Notes: generated by a model not told the origin, from the letters alone. A DNA stretch of 64,000 nucleotides from Tubiluchus corallicola (GCA_030141605.1 JAQGDQ010000053.1:186001-250000), one strand, 5' to 3'. Counted from the first letter of the stretch, positions 1 through 13,117 are shown. A program made the numbers and translations.

Positions 1-25
1 ATTTGGATATTTAAAAGTAAAATAC

Positions 26-3000
26 CTAATGGAGAGATCACAGAGCAATTTGGATCAAGACAAAAGCCATACAGTGAGTGCTGAAAATCTAGAACTAGTG
101 GAAGTTGTCGCTTATCAACAAACTCTTGCAGAAATTTGCGAAACTGTGATCCATCTATGCGATGAAGTCTAGTGAATGCGTTCAGCCCTTGAGTCCTTAA
201 CATCTCCCCGGGTGGTCCACGATGGCCTTCACCACAACCGTGAGGGCAGCCAAGTGATTTGAACACTCTGTTTACAAAAACAATTTTAACACAAATTTGA
301 AAAGTATTACAGCTGCTTAAAAAATTCTGTGACTAAACTGCATTTTAGTTAAAACATGATTGCAGTATTTCTGCTATAAGTATTTTTGTTTTTAAATCAA
401 TATAAATGCAAACTAACATACATAACATGCAAACTGGCTGCAACAGAAAAAAAATTGTAACCCCTTAATATAATACCTGATCAGAGTGTCCATACACAAG
501 TTATGAGCTGTCAAATCTTCCTCATTTTGTGCCTTAGAAGTAGCCAAGTCCTTTGTTATCTTCTCCACATTTTCTTTATTGTTTTCATTCTCTTTTTCCT
601 CATCTTTTGGAAAGCCAGCTACTCCAACATCGATGAGTATTTCTAGGATACTGAGCACCACTTCACACACTCTTAAAGACCCCTCCCTCATTGAGACTGT
701 GTGAATTGCCTTCAATACAGCAAAACAATTAATGTCTCCACTTTTTGTTGTGTAGTAAAGTGTGCCTGGAATTTCACAGGCATCTTCTAGACAATATTTA
801 ATGTTAGTGTCAGTAAGACTGCGAGGCAGAGAAGCCGTTGATCGAGATTGGGTCACTTTATCCCCTCTCCTCTCGTCTGTCTGGCCTTGCACAGAGCTGT
901 GGCAAGAATCATTAGGAGTTTGAAAAAGAGGTTCTGGACTATGCTCAGTAATGGTTATGATAGGATGAGTTTCATTTGAAACAACTGACTGCTTCTTCAC
1001 ACTGGCATCCGAGCCTTGGTCAAGCTTAGAACTGGAACTTTTATGCAAGTGTGTGGGTTTTAAAACATCATCTTCAGGTGGCGCTGATGGTAGACTGCGT
1101 CGTCGCTCACCATCTTTGTGCTGCATTACCTGTAAAAAAAGTTCTCTTTAAGCACAATGTTCATCTTGAAAAAGGTGAGCTAAACCCGACCATGACACAG
1201 ATGATAAGGGACGTTTAAACAAATATGTGCTCCAGAACTTGTCTGTCATGCTTTCTGTTTCAAGACATTTTTATGAATTGTGTTGCATGTCGGCAATACT
1301 TACATATTGTTGCATTATGTGAAATGAAAGACGTCCACTGGTTTATCTTTTAAATTCTGTTGGCTAAGTATGGACTCCCAGTCTAGCCTGTTTTATGTTT
1401 ATGTTTAGATAGCGGGTCAATCTATGTCGAGCATTGAGCTAACAGTTAAACATAAGTTTGCGAAAAATGCTTGAAAATCCAGAAAATCCTATATATAGTT
1501 TAAAACAAAAGAATATGATTTAACAAATAAAGGCTGCAGAGGCCAAAAGCATGATCAATTAAAGTGTATGTACAACAAATGCCTAAACTATACTCCTAAG
1601 CAGGAATATAAATCAGTTAATATATCAACTTCAAACTGTTTTGAAATCACGCAATAAAACTACATAAAAATAACCAGTTAAACTGTTTTTTGCAAGTGGT
1701 TGATTAAATCCACTCATGGTTGAATTATTTTCCAGCTGTATTAATCCATTAATAAATCAAAGTAAATGCTAAGTTTCCTAAAAGTAGCTGTGTACTTTGA
1801 ATTGAATGCTAGATAAACTAAACTTTATTGAACAAACAAGTGAGACAATTAAATTAAAACGTACATTTTGGGGCTCCCTGTCTCTCATACTGCTTTCTAT
1901 CAATTTAGCAAGAGCTGATCGGGGACGAGAAGGCGGATCATAGATGTTGCTTTCCAGAGTAGCTGATGTTTCTGTTTCTTCAGGTTTTGCAAGAATCTTA
2001 CCACCAATAGTAAATGTAATTTCTTCATCCTGTAGGGAGTGTGTAGTGCTATTGCTGTCACTAGGTGTCCCTTTTGATTTTATATCAGTCTAAAAATAGT
2101 GTTTTATATAAAGACAGTTGTACTACATTGCATACATGTAACTGACAACTGGAGGAGACAGTATTCACAGAAAAATTTGCTACTTACTGCGAATCTCTCG
2201 CAACACAAGCTGTCAATAACATAGTCCATAATAGCAGGGCTTCTATAGCACAATAAATGTTGTAACCATAAATGTCAACAGTTTTCATACCAGTAAGCAT
2301 CTTTGCACATTATAAATCCAATGTAAAATTTAAACAGCTTCAAAATACATGTACGCATTAATATTAATGAAAAATGTCAATTTTATCTATCATGCTCACT
2401 TTTACTTTCTTGTGGGGCTTTTCATTCTGAATGAGCATATCATAACTACTTTGTGGTCCAAGAGGTTCCTTGAGATCTGCTGAAGAAGACTGTGGTGTTT
2501 CATACAATGACACTGTTATTTTCGGCATTGGTAGCGAAGTACTTCTTTGCCTCGTCTGCATCATTCGACTATCCTGCAACAAAAGATACAAAAACCTTAT
2601 ATTAACAATTAAAATAAATTAAATTTGTAACAACACATGTAAATTAAAATAAAACACAAATAATCTGAAGTAGTGCTCACAAAATTTAGATGTCACAAAT
2701 TATATTAAACTTATAGTATAGGACTGATGTTAATTACTGAATACATATACCTAAAAATGTGTTTCACCCAAACAGATTAACACCAATCCAAAACAAATGT
2801 TTTACTAGTTTCAATTAGCCTAATGTTTCAGAAAGCTCTATGCAATTTAATGAAAGTAGTAACTGACAAATGACTGTGGCAATAATGTTAGGTTTCGGAC
2901 AGAAAAAAATTAATAATTTGCAATCAACTCTTTGATCATTAATAATTTAAGCTGCCACATCACAAATCATAAACAAACCTCATCTTTCATTTCCTGCAAT

Positions 3001-6000
3001 CGTTGGTACAGATACTGTAATGCCCAGAAAACGCCTTCCTCTGCCCATTGAGGCACGAATAAGCACCTTAACACGGCAACATCAAAAAAAGTTGCACTAT
3101 GAGGGTCTTGATGTGATGGTGATCTGGTCAACTGAGTCTGCAAGGCTGTGTCAAGCTTCTCTTGAACGAAATCCTTGTCTACAGGGATCTCTGCTTCAGC
3201 AATGGGCTTTAGCATATTATCCGAGCCATTCTTTTGCATAAGACCATGTGCAGGCATGGAGGATTTACCACAGCGGCATGTTTGATTCTCGCCATATCGT
3301 GTTTTCACTGATGTGTTACAGAACTCACACACAATTTCCACTAAGGTGGACGTTCCCTCGGAAAATGTTGATGCGCCACAGATTTCTGACATGGTACAAA
3401 GTGGTGCCTTGGCAGAAATTTGAGACTCGTCCACCGATTGAGTATCAGTACCATTCTCACCTTCTACTGGAGGCTCAGGATAGCAGAGAAAGTCAAAGTC
3501 TTCACTAGGACTTCGTCTTCCCACAAAGATACCACCAAATTTTCCCCCAATTCGCATTTGGCTCTTGTCTCCTTTCATTACCGTCTTTTTTGGTTTGACA
3601 AGAGCAGAGAGACAAGGAATGTCAGGCTGCCTGTACTCCCAGAGTGGCTGCCAAAGTTTTAACCCATTTTCTAATCGAAAGCTCTGGAACATCTCTTGTT
3701 TCATGCTGCTCATCAGAGGTGCAAACAGGTAAACGAATAATTGTAAAGAAGTGAGAGAAAACAGAAACTCTTTTGGTTTTCCAGGTCGATCATCATCCTC
3801 GCATTCTTCAGCTGCATCTAACATGACCCAATGAAGAGTGTAAAGCAGCTTTGTCTCCGACTGGCTGAATTTTTCGGCAGCTCTGGATTCTTGTTTGCGT
3901 AAAGCCAGCAGGGCACCACAGCAATGCATTATATGAGGAAAAGCTGCCTCTATGAGCCTCCATCGATGTACTGAACTTATGGCATCTGACAGTTGTGGTG
4001 AAAGACCATGAACGATATTTTGAACTACAACTCTCTCGAAACTCTGAAATAAAATATTTTCACTAATTCGACGAACAATGTGTGTTTTATGGCGCGTTCA
4101 GCCTGAGACTTCTCTCGCAACTTGCTGCGCAGCTTCTCTCTGAAAGAAGTTGCCAAACCGTTCACATATTGCAACTTTGCTCTCAGAGAGAAGTTGCGTA
4201 ACAAGCTGCGAGAGAAGTCTCTACATCTGAATGCGCCATTGGATATATTGTCATACACAAAGCACAAAAAAGAGAGTACTAGTTTTCAAGAAAGTTTCTT
4301 GCTTCTGTAGGTAAAATTTTTTAAGTCATATAAAAATGATATCACAAATGTGACAAAAACATAGGTAGTTGAAGCAAAAATTAATAACCATTGTCTGAAG
4401 TTACAAATAAATATACAACAAGCAAATTAAAAAGCAAGTAAGTATGAATAATAAGCTAGCAAATGATAAAGGGCACCTACTAACGGCTATTAGGTTTGAA
4501 TGATCTAAGAAGTAAAAGACATAACTAACATAATACAACAATAGTAAAAACTTGAGCTGGTAATGTACATACCACACATGTTGCCTCAATTAGTTTCCCA
4601 ATTTTTGGCCGAATAAAAGGACTGAAACACAAAAAAGTAAATATGTGTCAATCAACAGATCCGTTAATTACAGAATGTTAAATTTGGATAGCTCTGAGCG
4701 CTTTACAGTATCACTTCACTACAGCTTACATCATCCAAGCCATTAGACAATGAAATGTGAAACTTGCCCTATTTTTGGCCTCATGTTTGTAGGGTAAACT
4801 CTGCCCAAGGCTGAAATTCTACATGGTTCAAATAAGAATGTTTACATTTCTGTCGTCCATTTTACAAGGACTGTCATGTCAGTGTCTACATATAATTTTA
4901 CAAACTAAAGGAGAATATTTACACTTGCTTCAAAAATCTAAACATTTGTAAGAACTAGTACTCGCATGACTTAGCTAAATAATACAAGGTTTGGATAACT
5001 GATATTTCTTTCTGCTGTTTCTATCCAATACTAGAAAATAGTTAGTTAATTTTACTTTTTACAGATGGTTTCTCTGTGTTAGAACAACTAATGACAAACT
5101 ATTACAGTTAAACAAATCAGGCATATAAATGGAGTCTCTGGTTGTGCTTAACTGTGTTTTAATGGGTTTGCGAGACGTTATTCTCATACAAGTACACCAA
5201 CAAAATCACAATACTGTCTCGTATTAAACAGAAGTGCAAATACCAGTGCGAACAATATTTTAGATTATTATTTACCACAGCTACAAGCTGTTAGTCGAGG
5301 CTTGAATAAATCTTTCAATATCTCATCAGGAACTGAAATATAAGCCTGGAAGGGGGAGATGAAAGTTCTACCTAACCAAGTGTTTGACTCTCTTTAAACA
5401 TTACACTGATTTCCTGCATTTGGGAAAATTAGCTAAATAAAGCAGCACAGCCCGTTCTGATGCTTGGAAAGAATAGTTAGCTTCTGCTGCTTGATCAATA
5501 CCGTGAACTACAAATCCGCAGAGTATTGATTTTGGAAATCAGCAGCTACTACACTGACAAGGTATTATAAATGACTCCATGAGGGGTCGTCACTAAACAT
5601 GAAGACTACTTCACTTCCTAATTTTCTTCGTTTTCTAGGTATTACTTTGTTGTACATAAGAAACTACTATTTTGGACTTTAATACTAGTCGAAGTAGAGA
5701 TAAGCCAGCTGTGCTATATATTTTACACCACAGTAGTTAATACAGTGGCAATGTGAGGAAATAGTACCTATTTTACTAACTTGCTGATCTAGAGATCTCG
5801 CAGATACAGGTTGCTGAAGTCCTGCTTCTTTGCGTGTATAGTTTACTGATTTATAAGACATTTTTGTATACTTGCTTGTTTTATCACTAGCATGTCAACT
5901 CTTGTTGTTAACTTGCTAACATATTCATGTTAACTAGTAGTGCCACAGTTTTGTTAGTTAAATCTATCAGCAAAATTGTCTTGGAAATTTATTAAATGGA

Positions 6001-9000
6001 AGGAGGATCAGCTAATTTATGATTAGCGATATTTAAAGCACCAAAATATTTAAAAAAATTGAACATGTCTTTGATTGACCTAACAGAGAGAAAGCACCTA
6101 ACGTAATCATATACAAGAAGGAAATGAATTATTTTTTAATGTTAACCAGAAACCCCTGAAAGAAATGCTTTCCGTTGATTCATTACTTAACCAAGTGTGT
6201 GAGTACTTTAAGTCCTTATAAGTGATTGGATTTTATAAGCTTTGGCTAGTTTGTCCCTGCAATTTGTCAGATAAATAATGGGGCAGTCATGGATAAATAG
6301 ACAGTATGCATTTTATCCATGGGCAAAGCTTAGGAATTGAAGCTACCACAACAAACAAACACAAAAATGTGTTCATTTGTTGAGTGCCAAATGGCTCACA
6401 TTAGCAAAATATACAAAAAATACACCATGAATTATTCGAAACTATCAAAGACAAACCAAACATTTCAACACAAGTACATTTACACACATATGCTATTTCT
6501 TAAATTCGCAGGACAGCATCTGCAATCACAAGCACACATTTAAGCCTTGTAACTCTATGATGCTGTAAAAATATGTTCTGAACGAAACAGGAACCTACAC
6601 ATTTTGTAAATTCCATTTGGAATTCTAAAATATTGACACAACTATATCCAAGAAAAGGCAAAGCACAGCTGGTAAATATATCGTATTGTTTTTTTCACTG
6701 TTTCCTATCATTTTTCCTCGTTGCAGCAATGTCACTTATAACGCCTGAAATATTAACAATGATCACATTGTTGGATACGAGGCAGCTAGAATTGCAGAGT
6801 AAATTTTGCCCGATTTTGATGGTTTATGAAAAAAATATACCCAACTATTAAAATAGGTACTCTATAGCAACGTTCGATTATGCTTAGAATGAATTATGAA
6901 TTTAAAGAATAAATAATATGTGGGAATAACAAAAAATAAGGATTGTAAAGCAGTTGTTGTTTTTATTATAGTCCGGTGGCAACTGACCACAATAAGAATC
7001 AAGCACTTTATGTTGATTTTTTATATAGTGGTTTTGAAGTCTTACGAGTCTACAGATTCTAAAAAATGGGGTGGCATTTTTTAAAATCAAGGTTCGAGAT
7101 CATTTCAAGGTCATTTACAGTAAAATGTCTAAAATGAGATTTAGGTCTCAATATAGGTCTACTGAAGAACTCTGATTAGCATTAATCTGTCAAGGCCAAA
7201 GTGATTTCAAGATCACTGCTGAAATGTATAGATCACCATGATCAAACCATCCATACCGAACTGCAGGTGAAATACATGCACAGCTGGAGATGGAAGCTAA
7301 CCAGATAAAGCAGAGGAAGATCTCGATGCATACTTTCCGCTGCTTAGAAAGTCCACCACTAGTTTGTTTTTTAAAGTAGACTATGTCATTTAAAGCCACT
7401 CCAACTGCATAGGTTTTTCAATGACTCTTTCCATTAGAATTATCTAGCTGTTTCTCTTGGTTTGTACTCAGGAAATTGTATCAAGAAAATTGGATATGCC
7501 ACTCTGGATGGCAGACATTGAGGCACGAGACATTTCAGCACCAACACCAATGCACACTGCCACTGAGTACTGTGACTCAATCATGCAATTATACATTATA
7601 AAATTATTTCGGTGCTGTGCACTACAAATTATGCTAACTAGCAGGTCAAAATTATGTGACTGCTCATCCCACAGTTGCCAGATAATTTTTAAAGCATCTA
7701 AACAATTTGTAAGAAAAGAAATAATTATTTTTGTTTGTGTAATTGAAGCTGGAAACAACTATAACTAATCTAGCGTGCATAAAACGGGTACATGACTTTT
7801 GACCACGGGGCACTTGACCACAAGACATTTGGGTGTGCAAACACTTCAGCATAAGACATTTGGGCAAAAATAAAATTTAATGTTGTACCTGATTTTTTAT
7901 TTTGTTTATTAATTTTTAATAATTTGCAATTTACCTAACTCTTGCAGCATGTTTAAATCATCAGAGATCCTGCAGAAATTTCATTCATCTACATTCTCTT
8001 CCAATACACTAACCATTGTGATTTTATATTACATAATCAAAAATGAAGATTTGTACACTAGCACGAAAGAAATTCTTTGGAGTTCACAAGTCAAGATCCA
8101 AAGATTAAGATGGCTAGGACACCTGAGATTACCAAGTGAAGTACCAGTAAGAATCGCCTCAAAGGAAGCCTTAAAACCTTGCGAAAAAGCACCTGGCAAA
8201 CCAAAAACAGCTTGGATAGTTAAGATAAATAAAGGTGTTCAACAACTTCAACCAAACCTATCTTTAGGAGTAAAAGAACTCACGCTGTTAGCTGCTGATA
8301 GAAGTGGGTGGAACCCTCTAATAAATGTTAATGGCTCAATGTCTACAATAGATGGAATGAGGCTTTAAAGAAGAAATACTGTTTACTAATATTATTATTA
8401 TTATTATATTATTATCATATAAAAAAATTAGAATAACACTTAGTCACTGATAAGTGAACTATGAATATGATTTAGAACTAGTTACAGTCAGAGGCGGATT
8501 ATGATTTTATGGGCCTTAGGCTTGAGCTTGGAACGGGCCTTTTAAATGTTGCTACACTGCTGAGCTGACGTGTTTTTGTGGAGCTCTCGTCGTTTGTAAG
8601 TTTGTTTAATTTTGTGAGTTTTTGCCCACCGATTGTGATAAAAATTATATCTTCTTGATCCTTGAGTTGTGGACTAGGACAATATAAACACGATTACAGC
8701 TTGGTGAGTTTCTGGGTTAGATGTCAACTAAAATAAGCCAATCAGAAACTCTGAAAGTAACTTTAGTTTCTTACTAATTTCTTATATCTCTAAAGGATGA
8801 CAAATTAAACAATTTATCACTGATGCATATTGAGTCAGATATGTTGAAAAAAATGGACTTTTCAGAAATTATAACTGACTTTGCCCCCAGAAAAATTCGG
8901 AAACTGAAATTTTGAACTTAAACTTAAACTGTGTAAACATGAATTGTGTAAACTTAAATTGTGTAAACTTGAATTGTGTAAACTTAAATTGTGTAAACTT

Positions 9001-10777
9001 GATTTGTGTAAACCCGATTTGAAATATAGTGACTGACTTTTAAAAAAAACTTTTTTCTATATTTTATTTTGGCGGGCCCCTTGCTCTTTTGTCAATTTAT
9101 TTTTTTTACAAAAAAAATTTTTTTTCGTTTTATTTTGCCGGGCCCCTTTTGATCCCGGGCCTTAGGCTTCAGCCTATTCAGCCTATAGGGCTATCCGCTA
9201 CAGGTTACAGTGGTTAAAATGATTAAAATTCACCTGTGTTAAACTCACTTCTTCACATTTCCTCACTTTCCTGCCACACATATTGAACATTTACTATTAA
9301 AAAATATGAGGTAAGTACCGGGCGAAGCTTTCTAGCTTTTTGCCACAGAAAAGCTTTTCAGTTCTTGCAAAAGAAAAAATACAAACTTAATTTGACCTCT
9401 CAGCCACCACCAAAAAAAACAAAATATAGACAAAATAATGTTCACAGAAAAGTGTATGTAATGAATTATGTTGTTACATATAATCACAGTAATGATATGA
9501 TATATTATACACACGTTTTTATCGTTACTATAATACACGTGAAATGTGTAAGCGCTACAAATCATTATTATATAACCCCGTTTTTGGTTCCTTATGCATG
9601 AAGATACAAAAATTAAAACCATAACAAATGCAAACAATGATTTGGTAGGTGCAAATGTTAAAGGTGAGCCAAACAACTGTCGGCAAATTTCAAAATTGAA
9701 GAAATTACCTAAAACTTGTTTTTGTTAGCTGTAATTGAAAAACAAAATTGTAATTGTTCCTGAAAAAGCTGACATAGGATGATCTGCTTAAATAGCTTTT
9801 GTTGAATGACATTTTTGGAACATAGGTGAGTTAGATCGTAAGCACATCATGGCTTTTAGGAAGCGTGTGCCGCTTAAACTAATTCAAACTCCCAGTTTTC
9901 ATAATATACATAATGTAAAATAAATTACATGCAAAAATATCACAAAATTAGCCACCTAATTTTTTGTAAAAATTCATCATGTTTTAAGAAGATGAGACTG
10001 CTGCTTTTCCCCAGTCGTTGAGTGACATCACTGGAGTGAAAGAATGGGCGTCCAAAGTGGGAATGCCTAGGCATGTAGTGATTGCGACTTTAAAGTGATT
10101 TTATTAACTACACAAGTTGCTGATCACACTTTTGTTAGGAAATTCTAACATTTTATCTGAAAATTGAAATGAGTTCATAAAGAGTAAATGAGGTCGAAAC
10201 GGATACGTGGTGAACAAAAAGCATCGCCAAATTGCTAAAGAAATGTAGACAAACCCTTTGCGTAACATTTTTGCACAATTTATTAATAATTCTGTTTAAT
10301 GAACAAAATATATGCAAGTCTTTTCCTAGTCTGTATGACACAAATACATATACATTTTTATATGTTTTTTATCTTTGTTTTGGATTTTTTTAAATGAACA
10401 TCTTTTGCTTTTATTATGGAAATGATCTGCATCAAAGTAATACACGCATGTGACATTTTTTCGTACTTTTCCATTTTCGTGTCATTTCTAACGTGCCATT
10501 TTTTCCTGAGCCATATTTACCTACATTCCATTTATAATAGGACATACACTTTCTAAATATATTTGCCTTGGGTTCTTATCTTTAAAACTTTCCTTAGAAG
10601 ACTTCTATGAAATTTGTCAATCTGCTTTTCTTGCTCAATCATTAGACACCCATGTTTCACTGTTTTACATAAATATGAAAAGAAAATTTCATACCTAGTT
10701 TGCCTCCAAAAGAAAGTTTGTATAGGTAGCGGTACAACCACATCATCCTGCTGATCCGAAAGCTTTCTTTTGGGCAT
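26..10777 (-). CDS. UNC80: Protein unc-80 homolog (NALCN channel complex subunit), first 7 coding exons; gene continues beyond the window start
   Basis: GT-AG exons with consistent phases: 10777-10695, 4621-4573, 4043-2979, 2573-2400, 2089-1865, 1129-477, 267-26. The joined protein starts MPKRK...PLPIQTFFWRQTSPFIRPKIGKLIEATCVSFERVVVQNIVHGLSPQLSDAI and contains ETKLLYTLHWVMLDA, FFDVAVLRCLF, SLPRSLTDTNIKY and LGCPHGCGEGHRG, matching the UNC80 N-terminus as I recall it. Confidence 0.95.
4089..4239. repeat. Palindromic ~150-bp hairpin (MITE-like) in UNC80 intron 2
   Basis: atggcgcgttcag...gagacttctctcgcaacttgctgcgcagcttctctctga pairs with tcagagagaagttgcgtaacaagctgcgagagaagtctc...ctgaatgcgccat; mismatches in the core stem are transitions. 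Confidence 0.75.
8030..8373 (+). mobile_element. RTE-clade LINE 3' fragment
   Basis: YIIKNEDLY...RLRWLGHLRLP...PGKPKTAW, closely similar to 15789-16135; ends in aagaagaa. Confidence 0.8.
8489..9203 (+). mobile_element. Non-autonomous hAT DNA transposon with 8-bp target-site duplication
   Basis: GTTACAGT at 8481-8488 and 9204-9211; imperfect TIRs cagaggcggat / atccgctacag; subterminal gggccttaggctt repeats; remnant hAT C-terminal peptide KLNNLSLMHIESDMLKKMDFSEIITDFAPRKIRKL at ~8800-8916; 15-bp tandem repeat at ~8925-9015. Confidence 0.85.
9836..10577. repeat. Left arm of a long inverted repeat (partner 11366-12209)
   Basis: Reverse complement of 11366-12209 over ~740 bp, roughly 90% identical by eye (e.g. 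gggaatgcctaggcatgtagtgattgcgactttaaagtgatttt vs aaaatcactttaaagtcgcaatcactacatgcctaggcattccc). Confidence 0.9.
10575..10675 (-). mobile_element. RTE-clade LINE internal fragment
   Basis: IEQEKQIDKFHRSLLRKVLKIR, homologous to [21 protein letters not shown] at ~15718-15780. Confidence 0.75.
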
Positions 10778-11090
10778 TTTCACACAATCTTGTAAGAAAG
10801 ATTCTCAAAGAAAATATAAAAATCGGAAAAACTATGTGAAAAATTCGTCTAGCCGGTTCAACGGCTTCATTCCTGGCTTCTCCAGTCTCCACTTCGTATT
10901 GGAAGTCACAAGCTGAGCCCACGGTTGAAGCAGAATCTGGTTAGTTTTGCAAAGTGCATTACCGACGAGCTATCCGTTCGGTCTAGTGATATAACTAGTT
11001 TGCTTACTGGTGACGTGATGTGCGGTACAACTAGCTCTGGCCTCTGGTATAACGTCTGAAAACCTTAATATAAAACTTGACTAAAGTTTA
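10778..11090 (-). promoter_or_regulatory. Probable UNC80 5' UTR / proximal promoter
   Basis: Relatively GC- and CpG-richer block directly upstream of the ATG with a TGACGTGA CRE/ATF-like motif at ~11011; transcription start not determined. Confidence 0.4.
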
Positions 11091-11155
11091 AAATTCCCCA
11101 CACACAAGAAATTAGTTTGTGAAGCGGATTAGGGTTAGAGTTAGGGTATTTAAAT

Positions 11156-11313
11156 TGTGTAGGGAATTGTAAACTCTTTATGGTATATATACAATAATAT
11201 ATATTAATTATAATAATTTTGTGTAATAATATTAATTATATATATATATATATAACAATGTTAATAATTTTGTGTAATTATATAATACCATAAACAGTTT
11301 ACAATTCCCCACA
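11156..11313. repeat. Short hairpin with AT-rich loop (MITE-like)
   Basis: tgtgtagggaattgtaaactctttatggtat vs ataccataaacagtttacaattccccacaca (31 bp, 2 mismatches); adjacent ttagggttagagttaggg at 11129-11146. Confidence 0.65.
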
Positions 11314-11365
11314 CATTATATACACGTAATACATTTGCTTAATGAGTTTGCCTCTTTCGAGTCAA

Positions 11366-11781
11366 AAGAACCCAAGGTAAATATATTTAGAACGTGTATG
11401 TCCTACTATAAATGGAAGTAGGTAAAAATGGCTCAAGAAAAAATGGCACGCTAAAAATGACACGAAAATGGAAAAGTATGAAAAAATGGCACATGCGTGT
11501 GTTATTCTGATGCAGATCATTTCCATAATAAAACCAAAAGATGTTTATTTAAAAAACGCAATACAAAGATAAAAATAAAAAAATGTGTCATACAGACTAG
11601 CAAAAGACTTGCAAATATTTTGCTCATTAAACAGAATTATTATCAATAGTGCAAAAACATCACGCAAAGGGTTTGTTTACATTTCTTTAACGATTAACAT
11701 TTAACATGTTAACTAACACTGATTGATCATCCCTGTAAAGTTTTTATTCAGTGATTATCAATGTATTTCAATGGCAAATAA

Positions 11782-11824
<43 letters not shown>

Positions 11825-12209
11825 TTGGCAATGCTTTTTCTTCACCTTATAGTGAGAAAGTCCACTTTCGACCCTCATTTCAATTTTCAGATAAAATGTT
11901 AGAATTTCCTAACAAAAGTGTGATCAGCAACTTGTGTAGTTAGTAAAATCACTTTAAAGTCGCAATCACTACATGCCTAGGCATTCCCACTTTGAACACC
12001 CATTCTTTCACTCCAGTGATGTCACTCATCAACTGGGGAAAAGCAGCAGTCTTATCTTCTTAAAGCATGATGAATTTTTACAAAAAATTAGGTGGCTAAT
12101 TGTGATATTTTTGCATGTAACTTACTTTTACATTATGTACGTTGAAAAACTAGGAGTTTGAATTAGTTTAAGCAGCATGTGCTTCCGAAAAGCCATGATG
12201 TGCTTACGA
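11366..12209. repeat. Right arm of the long inverted repeat (partner 9836-10577)
   Basis: Reverse complement of 9836-10577, plus a ~130-bp insertion containing an (AT)n tract at ~11692-11823. Confidence 0.9.
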
Positions 12210-13117
12210 AAAGTCGTGAAATCCGTACTTTGTAATAGATTAACAAATACTTATGAGTACAGTATTGACATACTGCTTAGTCAGCATTACGTCAGCTTAG
12301 AAGGCAAAGGTTACAGACAGCATTATGCAGGTTTCCAAGTTAGAATTTCTCGAAATGTAACCTGGAACTAACTCGTAGTTGTCTGTCCTGGTACAGATAA
12401 TAAAAAAGAAGTACTCAATGTTGTAGCCTAGTTCCTGTTTTTTCAAAGCTGTAACACTCCCTCTGAGAACACCATGAAGTGCTTCACAGACATTTTTTGT
12501 ACATGGTGTTTTGTCAAGTTTTGTGAAAAAAGAATGGGCAAAAAACTCCTTTTTACTATCTCCCCATCCAGGAATCTGCAATAAAATGCATCTCTCGTGC
12601 CCCCTACCCACCTTCTCCACAAAGTCTTTTTACTATAATTGAAAACTTCTAAAATTTTACACAAAATTTTAGCTATCATTCAACTATGTACTTATGCAAC
12701 TACTATATTCAGCTTATACACTGCAATACATTTTAATTCACCAATATCGTTTAAATTTTAAGTTAACATTTACTATGCAAAAATAATTGAGGATTTTAAT
12801 AATGTCTAACAAACACCCACTTCTATATGAACAAATAGTACAACATGAACAGTATTTTATGTTTCAATATTTTTCACATATGTACAGAAAATTTTATTCA
12901 AGCATACAGTCATAGTTATTCTATTTATGAAAACAAAGGAAATCTACCACCACCTGAGTTCCAAATGACTAAATGCCAAAGCCAACAGCTAAATCACTTG
13001 TACATTAGGCTTGTAATTGTTATGAATATTTACAGGAGTTAATATGCAAGATTAAAGTAACAACAAACACAGCATTAAATAAAAATTGGGACAGTTAGTT
13101 CACTAACAAAAAAATAA

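Noticed and set aside
3020-3662. Plus-strand ORFs opposite UNC80 exon 3 (similarly 22500-24546 and 39971-41377)
   Set aside because: Antisense shadows of real coding exons with no recognisable motifs.
7190-7760. Possible decayed transposase frames in UNC80 intron 1
   Set aside because: Resemblance too weak to assign a family by eye.
8925-9015. Regularly spaced repeats resembling a CRISPR array (also 35388-35690 and 50870-51010)
   Set aside because: Head-to-tail tandem units with no unique spacers, eukaryotic context and no cas genes.
12297-12679. Two overlapping minus-strand ORFs between DNA2 and UNC80
   Set aside because: No recognisable domain or splice support; probably repeat debris.
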